Below, in pieces: positions 7,986 through 17,756 of a DNA stretch of 64,000 nt; positions within the stretch are counted from its first letter, which is position 1; each line of letters starts with the position of its first letter. The notes beneath the pieces are model-generated. The model ran no database searches, was not told the origin of the DNA, and saw nothing but the letters and a program-made list of their open reading frames with translations. The stretch spans positions 12,125 to 76,124 of the forward strand of contig CABPDL010000003.1 of assembly GCA_902406375.1 (NCBI GenBank), given 5' to 3'. The stretch is from an uncultured Collinsella sp. Its GTDB lineage: Bacteria; Actinomycetota; Coriobacteriia; Coriobacteriales; Coriobacteriaceae. A program made the position numbers and the translations under genes.

Positions 7986-8882
7986 CTATATGTGCTGACG
8001 AATCACGTCGATATAGGCTTGGCCGTAGCGCGTAAGCGTCGTGTTCTTACGCGTGATGATGCCGATCTCCATGTACTCGTCTACATCGAGCGGAATCGAG
8101 ATGATGCCGGGCCCGTTGAGCTCGTGACTGATCACGCCTGAGCATACCGTGTAGCCGTTGAGGCCCATGACCAGGTTGAACAACGTCGCACGGTCACGCA
8201 CGCGGATATTCTTGCGGCGCTCAAAGGTCGAGGTCAGCTCCTCAGAATAGTAGAACGAGTTATAGCTGCCCTGCTCATAGGACAAAAACGGGTAGTCTTC
8301 CAAGTCCTCGAGCGTCACGCTGGAGCGGCCCGCCAGCGGATGGTCGGCGCACACAAAAACGTGCGGCGTGGCGCAGAAGAGCCCTTCGAACACGAGCTCG
8401 TTGGCCGCCAGCATGCGCTCGATGACCTCGCGATTGTGCTCGGACAAGTACAAGATGCCGAGTTCGCTTTTCATATGCGCGACGTCCTCGATAATCTCGT
8501 GAGTCTGCTCCTCGCGCAGGGTAAAGTCGTAGCGCGCGGCATCGAACTCACGGATCACATCGACAAACGCGTTGACGGCAAAGGAATAATGCTGGCAGCT
8601 CACACTAAAGTGCGGCACCTGCTCGGACTCTCCCTTGTACTTACCTTCGAGCAGATCGGCCTGGTCAAGCACCTGTCGCGCGTAGCCCAAGAAGGTCTCG
8701 CCTTCCTCGGACACAATGACGCCCTTGTTGGTGCGCTCAAAGATGTGCACGCCCATCTCGTTTTCGAGATCGCGAATCGATGCGGTAATCGAAGGCTGCG
8801 ACACAAAGAGCCGGCGCGAGGCCTCGGTGATGCTGCCGCATTCGGCAACTTTGACGACATACCTGAGCTGCTGAAGCTTCAT
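7986..8882 (-). CDS. LysR-family transcriptional regulator
   Basis: Start ATG 8882 (RBS GGGAGAAAG). N-terminal HTH MKLQQLRYVVKVAECGSITEASRRLFVSQPSITASIRDLENEMGV followed by a LysR substrate-binding domain. The ORF-track start 9089 is an over-extension. Confidence 0.85.
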   Translation of the reverse strand: MKLQQLRYVVKVAECGSITEASRRLFVSQPSITASIRDLENEMGVHIFERTNKGVIVSEEGETFLGYARQVLDQADLLEGKYKGESEQVPHFSVSCQHYSFAVNAFVDVIREFDAARYDFTLREEQTHEIIEDVAHMKSELGILYLSEHNREVIERMLAANELVFEGLFCATPHVFVCADHPLAGRSSVTLEDLEDYPFLSYEQGSYNSFYYSEELTSTFERRKNIRVRDRATLFNLVMGLNGYTVCSGVISHELNGPGIISIPLDVDEYMEIGIITRKNTTLTRYGQAYIDVIRQHI

Positions 8883-8892
8883 AGCTTTCTCC

Positions 8893-9801
8893 CTAGACGT
8901 TCGTGACGTCGAAACCCGTCGCATCCATCTGACGCATAAACGGCGGCATCTCCCCCGTCGCGGCGCAGTCGGCAATCTGATGCAGAGCCCCGGCAACCGC
9001 ATCGTCTGCCGCAGAGCCGATATGCCAGCGCGCGGCAGCCGTAACAGCCTCGTTGGCATTGGCGACTGCAACGGAGTTGGGAACGGCATCGATCATGGGC
9101 AGATCGTTATCGGAATCACCGAACACGGCCACCTCGTCGGGCGTCAGACCCAGGGCACGCGCCAGCTCCAGGGCGGCGCAGCCCTTGTCCCAACCGGCCG
9201 GGAGAATATCGAACAGGCGCACACGATTGTTTGGAAACACAAGCGAGAGCTCCGGCACCTCGGCGGCAACGCGCTCGCGTAGCTCCACGAGCTCCTCACG
9301 TGAACGGGCACTCCAAATATTCGCCTTAAACACCGGGGCATCATCGACAACAGGACGGCACGGGGCCTCTTCGCCTTTGAGCCACGTATTACCGCCCGAC
9401 TCCATGGCGCGGCGCACGCGCTCGGGGTCGCTCGTCACGCAATAGGCATCGTTACCCCAAAAGTCATCACCCAGGCTGTAGACCTTCAGGTACGTATCAT
9501 CGGTCTCCTGTTCCAAATAGTCAGCCAAGCGCATAAGGGCGGCATTGTCGGTCGCGCGCGAAGCGACCGCCTGACCGTCGACAAACATTACCTGGCCGTT
9601 GCAGAACGCGCCGGTCGAGAAGCACTCGGCGCAATTGCGGAACATCCAGCCCATCGCGGACGGCTGGCGGCCCGAAACCGGTCCAAAGTGCAGACCCGCC
9701 GCCTGCATGACATGAATGCCCTCAATGGCGTAGTCGCTGGCGCCGTCATGCCCAGCCGGAATCAGCGTATCGTCTATATCGGTTAGCACAAGTTTGATCA
9801 T
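8893..9801 (-). CDS. HAD-superfamily hydrolase, Cof-type (HAD-IIB) phosphatase
   Basis: Motif I LTDIDDTLI at the N-terminus; C-terminal ...VFGDSDNDLPM... (motif IV). Confidence 0.8.
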   Translation of the reverse strand: MIKLVLTDIDDTLIPAGHDGASDYAIEGIHVMQAAGLHFGPVSGRQPSAMGWMFRNCAECFSTGAFCNGQVMFVDGQAVASRATDNAALMRLADYLEQETDDTYLKVYSLGDDFWGNDAYCVTSDPERVRRAMESGGNTWLKGEEAPCRPVVDDAPVFKANIWSARSREELVELRERVAAEVPELSLVFPNNRVRLFDILPAGWDKGCAALELARALGLTPDEVAVFGDSDNDLPMIDAVPNSVAVANANEAVTAAARWHIGSAADDAVAGALHQIADCAATGEMPPFMRQMDATGFDVTNV

Positions 9802-9840
9802 AGAGTCCCCCAGTCGTTTTCACCCTAACCATTGTAACGA

Positions 9841-9940
9841 CCTGCCAATAAGAGACAGGTTTATTTTGGCTGGTTTTATCTGGGAAAATGCAGCGCCCCA
9901 GTTGCCACCTGCCAAAATAAACCTGTCCCTTTTTGGCAGG
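9841..9940. repeat. Inverted pair of a ~30-nt repeat (GCCAAAATAAACCTGTCCCTTTTTGGCAGG family)
   Basis: 9841-9870 (cctgccaataagagacaggtttattttggc) is the near reverse complement of 9911-9940 (gccaaaataaacctgtccctttttggcagg). A third copy lies at 30456-30485. Confidence 0.6.
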
Positions 9941-9964
9941 TGCGCTAGTATAGGGAACAACAGA

Positions 9965-10060
9965 TTCGATGCGGGAGTGCCGGCGGTGCAAACCACAAGG
10001 CTGAGAGGGCATGGGGCCCAATCCTTTGAACCTGTCAGTTAATGCTGGCGTAGGGAGCAT
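9965..10060 (+). promoter_or_regulatory. TPP (thiamine pyrophosphate) riboswitch aptamer
   Basis: Contains the THI-box hallmarks ...GGGAGTGCC...GCTGAGAGGG...CCTTTGAACCTGTCAGTTAATGCTGGCGTAGGGAG. It lies immediately upstream of thiM. Confidence 0.85.
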
Positions 10061-10071
10061 GCCGCCTTTAC

Positions 10072-10104
10072 AGGGGCGCTGTCTATGCACAGCGCCCCTT
10101 TTCT
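10072..10104 (+). terminator. Riboswitch expression-platform terminator hairpin
   Basis: AGGGGCGCTGT (10072-10082) / ACAGCGCCCCT (10089-10099) followed by TTT. Confidence 0.6.
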
Positions 10105-10124
10105 ATGCCAAGGAGGCATGTGCA

Positions 10125-10964
10125 GTGATTGATTCGGAACAGCTTAAGCAGCATATGGTCAAGGCCGTGGAGGAGATTCGCGCCACCAATCCGATGGCCG
10201 GCTCCATCACCAACACGGTGACGATCGACTTTGTCGCCAACGCACAGCTCGCCGTGGGCGGATCGGCCGCCATGGTCTATCTGCCCGACGAAGGCGAGGC
10301 ACTCGTTGCCGGCGGCGGCGCCATCTATCTCAACATGGGCACGCTCTTCCCCATCTACGAGCAGACGATTCCCCGAGCGGCCAAGGCGGCACACGACGCC
10401 GGCAAGCCCTGGGTGCTCGATCCGGTGGGCCTGGGCATCGGTAGCCTGCGCACCCAGCTGGTAAACGAGCTCAAGCAGTACAAGCCCGCCATCGTGCGCG
10501 GCAATGCCTCCGAGATCATTGCGCTCGCCGGCCTGTGGGGTCTTGAGGGCGAGGCGGCCGATCTGAGCCGCGTACGCGGCGTCGATACCACCGACACGGT
10601 CGACGCCGCCCGCGATGCCGCTGTGGCGCTCGCCCACTACACCGGCGGCGCCGTGGTCGTCTCGGGCGAAGTCGACCTGATTACCGACGGCACGACCGTG
10701 GCCAAGTCCCACGGCGGCAGCCCGCTCATGTCCAAGATCACCGGCTGCGGCTGCTCGCAGGGCGGCGTGCTGGCCGTGTACGCCTGCGCCGCCGACCCGT
10801 TTACGGCAGCCGTCTGCGGCACCGCCGTCTACAACGTTGCCGGCACGCGTGCCGCCGCCGTCGCCGATGCCCCGGCAAGCTTTAAGGTCGCCTTTATCGA
10901 CGAGCTCTACCGCGCGACCGCCCAGGACATCGCCGATAACCAACTCGAGCTCGAGGAGGCATAA
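10125..10964 (+). CDS. thiM: Hydroxyethylthiazole kinase
   Basis: GTG 10125 lies 8 nt after AGGAGG (10111-10116). ...NPMAGSITNTVTIDFVANAQLAVGGSAAM...PWVLDPVG...IVRGNASEI... matches the ThiM family. Confidence 0.9.
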   Translation: MIDSEQLKQHMVKAVEEIRATNPMAGSITNTVTIDFVANAQLAVGGSAAMVYLPDEGEALVAGGGAIYLNMGTLFPIYEQTIPRAAKAAHDAGKPWVLDPVGLGIGSLRTQLVNELKQYKPAIVRGNASEIIALAGLWGLEGEAADLSRVRGVDTTDTVDAARDAAVALAHYTGGAVVVSGEVDLITDGTTVAKSHGGSPLMSKITGCGCSQGGVLAVYACAADPFTAAVCGTAVYNVAGTRAAAVADAPASFKVAFIDELYRATAQDIADNQLELEEA

Positions 10965-10967
10965 GCC

Positions 10968-11309
10968 ATGTCCGAGCCCGCAACCAATGCCGGCATGAAC
11001 ACACTCGTCGCCGTGGCCATCGCCCCGTGCGGCACCGGCGATGAACTGTCCGCCGAGGTCGCCGAGGTCGTGCGCGTCATTCGCGAGAGCGGCCTTCCCA
11101 ACCGCACCACCTCGATGTTCACCGAGATCGAGGGTGACTGGGACGAGGTCATGCAGGTCGTGCGCGACGCAACCTTTGTGTTGGCGAGCAAGGGCATCCG
11201 CACCGAAGTCGTGCTCAAAGCCGATATTCGACCCGGATTTACCGACACCATGACCGGCAAGCTCGAGCGCATGGAAGCACAGATCAAAAAGCAGGAGGAA
11301 GCACGATGA
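10968..11309 (+). CDS. MTH1187/YkoF-family thiamine-binding protein (DUF77)
   Basis: 113 aa. ...VAVAIAPCGTGDELSAEVAEVVRVIRESGLP...TSMFTEIEGDWDEVMQVV... is the typical ferredoxin-like fold signature. The gene sits between thiM and thiE with the ATGA overlap at 11306. Confidence 0.65.
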   Translation: MSEPATNAGMNTLVAVAIAPCGTGDELSAEVAEVVRVIRESGLPNRTTSMFTEIEGDWDEVMQVVRDATFVLASKGIRTEVVLKADIRPGFTDTMTGKLERMEAQIKKQEEAR

Positions 11310-12001
11310 GCATCCGCGACAACCTTGATATCTCGGCCTATCTGGTACTCGGCCCCGAAAACACGCTCGGGCGTCCCGTGGGCGATGTGGTGGCCCAGGC
11401 GCTCGACGCAGGCTTTACCTGCATCCAGGTGCGCTCCAAGGTGGCAAGTGCCCGCGAGATCATCGCGCTGACGGGCGACGCCGCGCAGGCAATCGCACAG
11501 GCCGGCAAGACCGGTCAGGTCGCCCTGCTGATCGACGACCGCCTGGACTGCGTACTCGCCGCGCGCGAGCAGGGCATCGCTGTCGACGGCGTGCACGTTG
11601 GCCAGAGCGATATTCCCGTCGAGGTCTGCCGCAAACTTTTGGGCCCCGATGCCATTGTGGGCCTTTCGGCCCGTTGCGAGGAGATGCTCGAGTACGTCAA
11701 GACCGCCGACATGAGCCTGGTCGACTACCTGGGCATCGGCCCGCTCCACGAGACCGAGACCAAGCGCGACTGCGGACGCGCGGCCGACGGCTCTATCATC
11801 ACCAAGAGCTTTGAGGACTTGGCCGCACTCCACGCGGCAAGCCCCGTGCCCATCGTGGTGGGCGGCGGCGTCAAGACGGCCGACCTGCCACAGCTCAAGG
11901 CCACCGGCGTCGATGGCTTCTTTGTGGTGAGCGCCGTCTGCAGTGCCGACGACCCCTACGCCGCCGCCAAGGAGCTCGTCGATACCTGGCAGCAGGCATA
12001 G
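11306..12001 (+). CDS. thiE: Thiamine-phosphate synthase
   Basis: ...YLVLGPE...ALDAGFTCIQVRSK...LLIDDRLD...DGVHVGQSD...GIGPLHETETK...VVGGGV... are ThiE family motifs. Confidence 0.9.
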   Translation: MSIRDNLDISAYLVLGPENTLGRPVGDVVAQALDAGFTCIQVRSKVASAREIIALTGDAAQAIAQAGKTGQVALLIDDRLDCVLAAREQGIAVDGVHVGQSDIPVEVCRKLLGPDAIVGLSARCEEMLEYVKTADMSLVDYLGIGPLHETETKRDCGRAADGSIITKSFEDLAALHAASPVPIVVGGGVKTADLPQLKATGVDGFFVVSAVCSADDPYAAAKELVDTWQQA

Positions 12002-12045
12002 GCTCAAGCCGAGCAGCCGATTCGCAGCCTCATATCTTCAGCGAT

Positions 12046-12090
12046 GGAAAGCGCATCCCAGTTTGGACCTCCATTCCGGGATGCGCTTCC
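12046..12090. terminator. Bidirectional hairpin between convergent thiE and patatin genes
   Basis: GGAAAGCGCATCCC (12046-12059) / GGGATGCGCTTCC (12078-12090). Confidence 0.5.
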
Positions 12091-12113
12091 CGCCGAGATG
12101 GCGGCAGCAGCCT

Positions 12114-12983
12114 CTACCCTGCCAGATATGTCTCCAGTGCCGGCAAGGTTGCCTCCGCATCGCGGCGGCCGATCTGATAGATGCGTTCGAGTTCATCGGG
12201 CTCGCGGCACAGCGACGGCACCTTCACCGATTCGCTCGGCCGCACCACAAAGATTTCGCCGGCAGCCTCGCGACGCGCCAGGTCATCGAGCGTAGCATTG
12301 TAGACCTCATGCCGATGCTCAAGCGCCGCGACAAACTCCGGGTAGTGACGGAACACGCGCCGCAGCATGGGCATCACGCTGTTGGGCTGCTTCACAAAGC
12401 CCGCCGGCTGCGTGAGTACCACGATATTGCGGTCATACCCCTGCGCAAACAGCCATGCACTGGGAATAGAATCAGCCACGCCACCATCCAGATACTTATG
12501 CCCGTCAATAGCAACGGGACGCGTCGCCACGGGAATCGCCGACGATGCCCGGATCCACTCGATATCCCTCTCGTCGCCATAGGGCAGGTCGTGGTAGACG
12601 GCCTTGCCCGTCTCGATATCGGTGCACACGCACGTAAACCGCATAGGACAGGCGCGATACGCCTCCAAGTCAATGGGATCGCGCTCGATAGGCACCTCGT
12701 GATAGGCAAAATCGGCATTGAACATATCGCCAGTTCGCAGCCAGCTTACTACACCTGCATAGCGTTTATCGGCGCAATAGGCCTTGTTATAGCGAATGGC
12801 GCGGCCGATCTGACGCGATTTAAAGTTGTAGCCAAACGCCGCGCCCGCCGAGACACCCACCATATGGTCGCAGGTCAAACCGTGCTCCATCCAAACGTCG
12901 AGCACGCCCGCCGTATACATACCGCGGTAGCCGCCTCCCTCGAGTGCCAGCCCCACCGTGCGCGTCATAGTTGGCTGTGCCAT
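12114..12983 (-). CDS. Patatin-like phospholipase family protein
   Basis: Oxyanion motif LEGGGYRG and nucleophile GVSAG near the N-terminus; downstream D-G dyad region (YLDGGV). Confidence 0.85.
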   Translation of the reverse strand: MAQPTMTRTVGLALEGGGYRGMYTAGVLDVWMEHGLTCDHMVGVSAGAAFGYNFKSRQIGRAIRYNKAYCADKRYAGVVSWLRTGDMFNADFAYHEVPIERDPIDLEAYRACPMRFTCVCTDIETGKAVYHDLPYGDERDIEWIRASSAIPVATRPVAIDGHKYLDGGVADSIPSAWLFAQGYDRNIVVLTQPAGFVKQPNSVMPMLRRVFRHYPEFVAALEHRHEVYNATLDDLARREAAGEIFVVRPSESVKVPSLCREPDELERIYQIGRRDAEATLPALETYLAG

Positions 12984-13307
12984 GCGACCATCTCCGTCCC
13001 CGCAAATTTAAACGGAACAAGTATACCCATCAACATATACCGCCCCAGTCGCATTTTTATCGAACATCGCATCATCGCGCTGCCGTTTGTCGAATAATAG
13101 CCACCCACAGCATGTGTACCCCTATATAATTTTGCACTGTTGTTTATACTACTCAGCAGTTATCAACAGCGAACATTAGCCGGCAAAGTAACCCAACAAC
13201 GCAGCAAGGCGGGGGCCTGGATACACGCAAAACGCTGAGCAACGATGCGTGTACACAACGAGCTCGCCCGACGCAATCCGCTCCGACTTCAGAAAGCCGC
13301 TTAGAAC

Positions 13308-16025
13308 ATGGATACTGTCAGCAATTACACCGAAACGCTCGAAAAGACCGTCCGTGACCTTCTCGAGCGTCAGGAGGATCTGATCAGGACCGCCTTTACC
13401 GACCAGCTTACCGGGCTTGGCAACCGTGGCGGCTTTGCCCGTTCCCTCGAGGAGCTCTGGGAGCAGGACGCCCCCGTTACCATGGCGTTCATCGACATCG
13501 ACAATCTCAAGCACTGCAACGACGTCTTTGGGCATGACGAGGGCAACCGCTATATCTTGCAGGTAAGCCTCTATCTCAAACTGTATATGAAAGTGGACGA
13601 GGCGGCGTTTCGCATAGGCGGCGACGAGTTTGCCATCCTATCTACGATTGCGACCGAGGACGACCTCGCCGAGCGTCTGGAACACTGCCGAACGATCCTG
13701 CTCAAAAACAACGATTCCGAGATGCCCCACTCGTTTAGCTACGGAGTGGCACACGCCGACCCCGCCCTGGGCGAAGCCTCCAATCGCATGACACTCGATG
13801 CCGACCATCGCATGTACGACTACAAGCTACGTCATGCCATGCACCTCGATCGGCGCAATATCACGCAAGTCCACGCCGACGACTTCGAAATAAGCGATCG
13901 CATTTTTGACGCCTTTTCGATGCTCAACGAGGGCCGTTATTTCTTTATCGAGAACTTGGACAAGGACCGCACCCTTTGGTCGCAAGGTGCCTTGCGCGAT
14001 CTCGGTCTTCCTTCGGAGCACATAGACAGCTGCCGCGATTTCTGGAAGACGCGCGTCCATCCCGATGACCTCGAGGCCTACGCCAACGACATCAACCAGA
14101 TCTTTAACGGCTCCAAACACCGCCGCGTCATGCAGTACCGCATGCGCAATGCCGCGGGTGACTACGTTCTCTGCCGTGCTCGCGGGTTTCGCATCGACGG
14201 CGACGGAAATGCCCCCTCGCTCTATGTCGGCGAACTTGTCAACCACTCACTCGCCGAAACCGTCGACGCCGCTACGGGCCTCGGAACGCAGCGTATGCTG
14301 ATCAACGCTATCGATGCCTGCCGCCGCGATCGTTGCGAGACGGGGCTTATAGCGGTGCGCGTTCGTGGCACGACAAAGCTCAACGAGCTCTACGGGGCCG
14401 AGGCTGTCGACAACATGCTTGCCGAATACGCAGGCCGTATGCTGTCGATCACCCGCGGCAGGAGCCGGGTCTACCGTTCACGAAGCGTCCAGTTCGTCGT
14501 GCTCAGCAACGATTTGGACCACGAGGCATTCGAGCAACTGACCCGCCACCTTAAAGAGGCCGTTTTCGCTCCTGTTCAAATCGCAGGCGACGCCATTACT
14601 CCCGTCTGTCTTGTCGTACCGGCCTTTTACGAGCACTTAACCCATCAAGCGACCGCCGTTTTAGGCGAACTCGACCGTCGCCTTCGCACGGCTGGCGGGC
14701 TTGTTCCCAACGACAGCCTCCCCATACCCGAGGCGGAGCGCAAAAGCGCCATCGCCGAACGTATCGACTCGCTCACGGGACTCTATCGACCCAGCGAGTT
14801 TATGCGGCGCGCCAACGCATTTCTCGAGGCAAGGCGCGACGGCACCTGGTGCATCGCCACGGTCGACATGGGCCACATGCGCCTGTTTAATGAATGGCAC
14901 GGCCAGGCCGAGGGCGACCGCGTACTCGCCGATGTGGGCACGGTCCTCAAGGACATCGAGAATGCCGATATGGGCGTCGCAGGGTACTGGGGCCAAGATG
15001 ACTTTTGCGCACTCATCCCCTTTAAGCGCATCACCGTCCATCAAATCTACAACCGCGTTCGCGAGGTCGTAGCCAGGCATGATGACGGCGTAGGTTTTTG
15101 GCCGTCCATGGGCATTTACCCCATCGACTCCAATGAGGAGATCACCATCGATGCGCAGGCAAAGGCCATGTTTACCAATCGACGCGCCAAAAACGACTTC
15201 AAGGAGCGCATTGCCATTTTCCGCCCCGAAGAATATGAACACGAGATTGCGTTCCACCGCACGCTGACCGAGTTCCAGTACGCGCTCTCAAACGGCCGCA
15301 TCACGTACTACCTGCAGCCCCAGGTCGATATGGAAACCGGCGAGATCATTGGCGCCGAGGCACTCACCCGCTGGATTGACAAGGACGGCTCTCTCATTTC
15401 ACCCGCAACGTTTATCCCCGCACTCGAGGAAAGCGGCTTTGTGGTGACGCTCGACAAGTACATTTGGCAGGGTGTCGCCTCGTGGCTGCGCGTGCGTCTC
15501 GATCGCGGCCTTCGTGTGGTTCCGGTCTCGCTTAATGTGTCGCGCGTGGATATCCTTGCCTGCGACGTTGCCGAGCATATGGGGGCGCTTGCCGCCCAAT
15601 ACAACCTACCGCCCGAGCTCATGCGTATCGAGATCACCGAGACGGCTTATACGGGAGAGTCCGAAGCCGTGGACAAACTGACAGCCGACTTGCACACCCG
15701 CGGCTTCTCGACCTATATGGACGATTTTGGCACCGGTCAGTCCACGCTCGCGATGCTCAAGAACGTCAACGTCGACGTCATCAAGCTCGACCGCACCTTT
15801 GTGCCCACCGACCGCGATCAAGGCCGCAGCGCGCAGATCGTGTCATCGATGCTCGAGATGGCGCAGTCGCTCCATCTGCCCATTGTAATCGAAGGCGTCG
15901 AGACAGATGAGCAGGCGAACATGCTACGCCACATGGGTGCCCGCTACGCTCAGGGCTTCCTCTACTACCGCCCCATGCCGGCGAAGGATTTTGAGGCATT
16001 GCTCGATGGTGGCAATAACAACTGA
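13308..16025 (+). CDS. Multidomain c-di-GMP turnover protein: GGDEF - PAS - degenerate GGDEF - degenerate GGDEF (GQDDF) - EAL
   Basis: First domain LTGLGNRGGF...FRIGGDEFAIL (intact GGDEF). PAS-like block ...VHPDDLEAY...YRMRNAAGDYV... Third GGDEF-like domain carries GYWGQDDFCAL. EAL domain has GAEALTRW, EITETA, DDFGTGQSTL and EGVET. Confidence 0.85.
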   Translation: MDTVSNYTETLEKTVRDLLERQEDLIRTAFTDQLTGLGNRGGFARSLEELWEQDAPVTMAFIDIDNLKHCNDVFGHDEGNRYILQVSLYLKLYMKVDEAAFRIGGDEFAILSTIATEDDLAERLEHCRTILLKNNDSEMPHSFSYGVAHADPALGEASNRMTLDADHRMYDYKLRHAMHLDRRNITQVHADDFEISDRIFDAFSMLNEGRYFFIENLDKDRTLWSQGALRDLGLPSEHIDSCRDFWKTRVHPDDLEAYANDINQIFNGSKHRRVMQYRMRNAAGDYVLCRARGFRIDGDGNAPSLYVGELVNHSLAETVDAATGLGTQRMLINAIDACRRDRCETGLIAVRVRGTTKLNELYGAEAVDNMLAEYAGRMLSITRGRSRVYRSRSVQFVVLSNDLDHEAFEQLTRHLKEAVFAPVQIAGDAITPVCLVVPAFYEHLTHQATAVLGELDRRLRTAGGLVPNDSLPIPEAERKSAIAERIDSLTGLYRPSEFMRRANAFLEARRDGTWCIATVDMGHMRLFNEWHGQAEGDRVLADVGTVLKDIENADMGVAGYWGQDDFCALIPFKRITVHQIYNRVREVVARHDDGVGFWPSMGIYPIDSNEEITIDAQAKAMFTNRRAKNDFKERIAIFRPEEYEHEIAFHRTLTEFQYALSNGRITYYLQPQVDMETGEIIGAEALTRWIDKDGSLISPATFIPALEESGFVVTLDKYIWQGVASWLRVRLDRGLRVVPVSLNVSRVDILACDVAEHMGALAAQYNLPPELMRIEITETAYTGESEAVDKLTADLHTRGFSTYMDDFGTGQSTLAMLKNVNVDVIKLDRTFVPTDRDQGRSAQIVSSMLEMAQSLHLPIVIEGVETDEQANMLRHMGARYAQGFLYYRPMPAKDFEALLDGGNNN

Positions 16026-16152
16026 TACGCTCGCGCGCAAAACGCCACCGTCGAAGGGGGCATTTGTCTCCATTAGCTAACTTATTACCCCAATTCAAAC
16101 CGAATTGGGGATATGATACAAACCGTTGTTCCGCCCAAGGAGGTTATCCATC

Positions 16153-17682
16153 ATGAACGAGTCATATCGCCTGGGTGAGCAATCGATTATTGCCTATCTT
16201 CAGCGACTTGCGAATGGCATCTCGACCGCCGAACTCGATGTTGCCGCGCTGCCTGCTGAGCTGCGCGCCGTTGGCGAGCAACTGCAAAAGACGCATGCCA
16301 TCCTGCAACAAGAGCGCCGGCTGCTTGAGAGCAACGCCTATATCGACCCGCTCACCAACTTGGGCAACCGCGGCGGACTCGACCGTCACGTCGAGCAACT
16401 CTGGCACAAAGGTGACCCCTTCACCTGCGCCTATATTGACATCGACCATCTCAAACATTGCAATGATAGGTTTGGCCACGCCGAAGGCAATCGCTATATT
16501 CTGAGCATCTGCCGCACGCTCTCCGAAACCATGGAGCACGATGAGATGCTGTTCCGCATCGGTGGAGACGAGTTTGTGCTCATCTCGCTCTCCGCAAACG
16601 AGACCGAACTCGAGCAGCGCTTGGAGCGGGTACGTGCCGGGCTGATCGAGGCGAGCTCAAGTGGCAAGGCGCCCATGATCGCCAGCTTTAGCTTTGGCTG
16701 CTCGCGCGTCGATCCACTTGCCGGCGACACGCGTCGCCAGATGACGATGGATGCCGATCGCAAGATGTATCGCTATAAGCTTATGCATCGTGTGCAGCAA
16801 CCGAAAGACAATGACGCGCCGCAACGCCCAATCGTCGATCAGCTTCCCTGCAACGACCGGGTGTTCCAAGCGATCTCCATGAGCTCCGAGACGCGCTATC
16901 CGTTCATCCTTAACCTCGATACGGGAGAATCGCAATGGTCGGTTAACGCCGTGCGCGATTTTGACCTGCCCTCCCAGCACCCTTTTAACTCACTCGACAT
17001 GTGGCTCGCCCGCGTTCATCCCGAGGACCGCGACAACGTACGCGCCGAGCTCGACATGGTGATAAACGGCACGTGGCACTTCCACTACATGCAGTATCGC
17101 GTAATGGATGCCACCGGAAAATACGTGCTTTGCGACTGCACAGGTTACCGCTTGGACGGCACCGATACCGAGCCCAGCATGTATGTGGGCACTATCATCA
17201 ACCGAAGCTTGGCAGATACGACCGACTCGGTAACGGGCCTGGGCGATGTCCACGCGCTGGTCAACGCTATTGGAGAGATGCGCCGCGTGGCGCGCGAGGC
17301 AGGCTTTATTGCCATTAAGGTCGACGATATCGCCGAAGTCAATGCCCGCTTTGGATTCGATGCAGGCGACCGCGTGCTCGCCGAAAGTGCCGCCTGCCTC
17401 ATGGATTGTTCGCGCGGCAAGGGTCGCCTGTTCCGCTCGACGGGACCAATGTTCGTGGCGCTTTTCGATGAGCTCGGCCCCGAGGCAATCGACGAGCTCG
17501 CAAACGAAATCGAACGATTCCTGGGTTCTCCCGTGCTCATCGGCTCGCTTGAATATCAGCCGCCCATTCGCGTGGCCACGCTCCATCTGAACAGCGTTGA
17601 CCGACAGCCCGTTTCCATTTTGAACGAGCTCAAAGCGTTGCTCGGTAAAGCCGTGCAGGTTCCAGGTACCAAACTGGATTAG
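16153..17682 (+). CDS. GGDEF - PAS - degenerate GGDEF protein; paralog of the N-terminal half of 13308-16025
   Basis: ATG 16153 after AGGAGG (16139-16144). LTNLGNRGGL...FRIGGDEFVLIS. PAS block VHPEDRDNV...YRVMDATGKYV. C-terminal GGDEF-like fold without the signature. Confidence 0.8.
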   Translation: MNESYRLGEQSIIAYLQRLANGISTAELDVAALPAELRAVGEQLQKTHAILQQERRLLESNAYIDPLTNLGNRGGLDRHVEQLWHKGDPFTCAYIDIDHLKHCNDRFGHAEGNRYILSICRTLSETMEHDEMLFRIGGDEFVLISLSANETELEQRLERVRAGLIEASSSGKAPMIASFSFGCSRVDPLAGDTRRQMTMDADRKMYRYKLMHRVQQPKDNDAPQRPIVDQLPCNDRVFQAISMSSETRYPFILNLDTGESQWSVNAVRDFDLPSQHPFNSLDMWLARVHPEDRDNVRAELDMVINGTWHFHYMQYRVMDATGKYVLCDCTGYRLDGTDTEPSMYVGTIINRSLADTTDSVTGLGDVHALVNAIGEMRRVAREAGFIAIKVDDIAEVNARFGFDAGDRVLAESAACLMDCSRGKGRLFRSTGPMFVALFDELGPEAIDELANEIERFLGSPVLIGSLEYQPPIRVATLHLNSVDRQPVSILNELKALLGKAVQVPGTKLD

Positions 17683-17756
17683 CACCGCGCCCGCACCGCC
17701 TCCCCCATCGTGCGATAATCCTCTGCAGAAGTCACCAACAGCAGAGGGAGTTTGTG

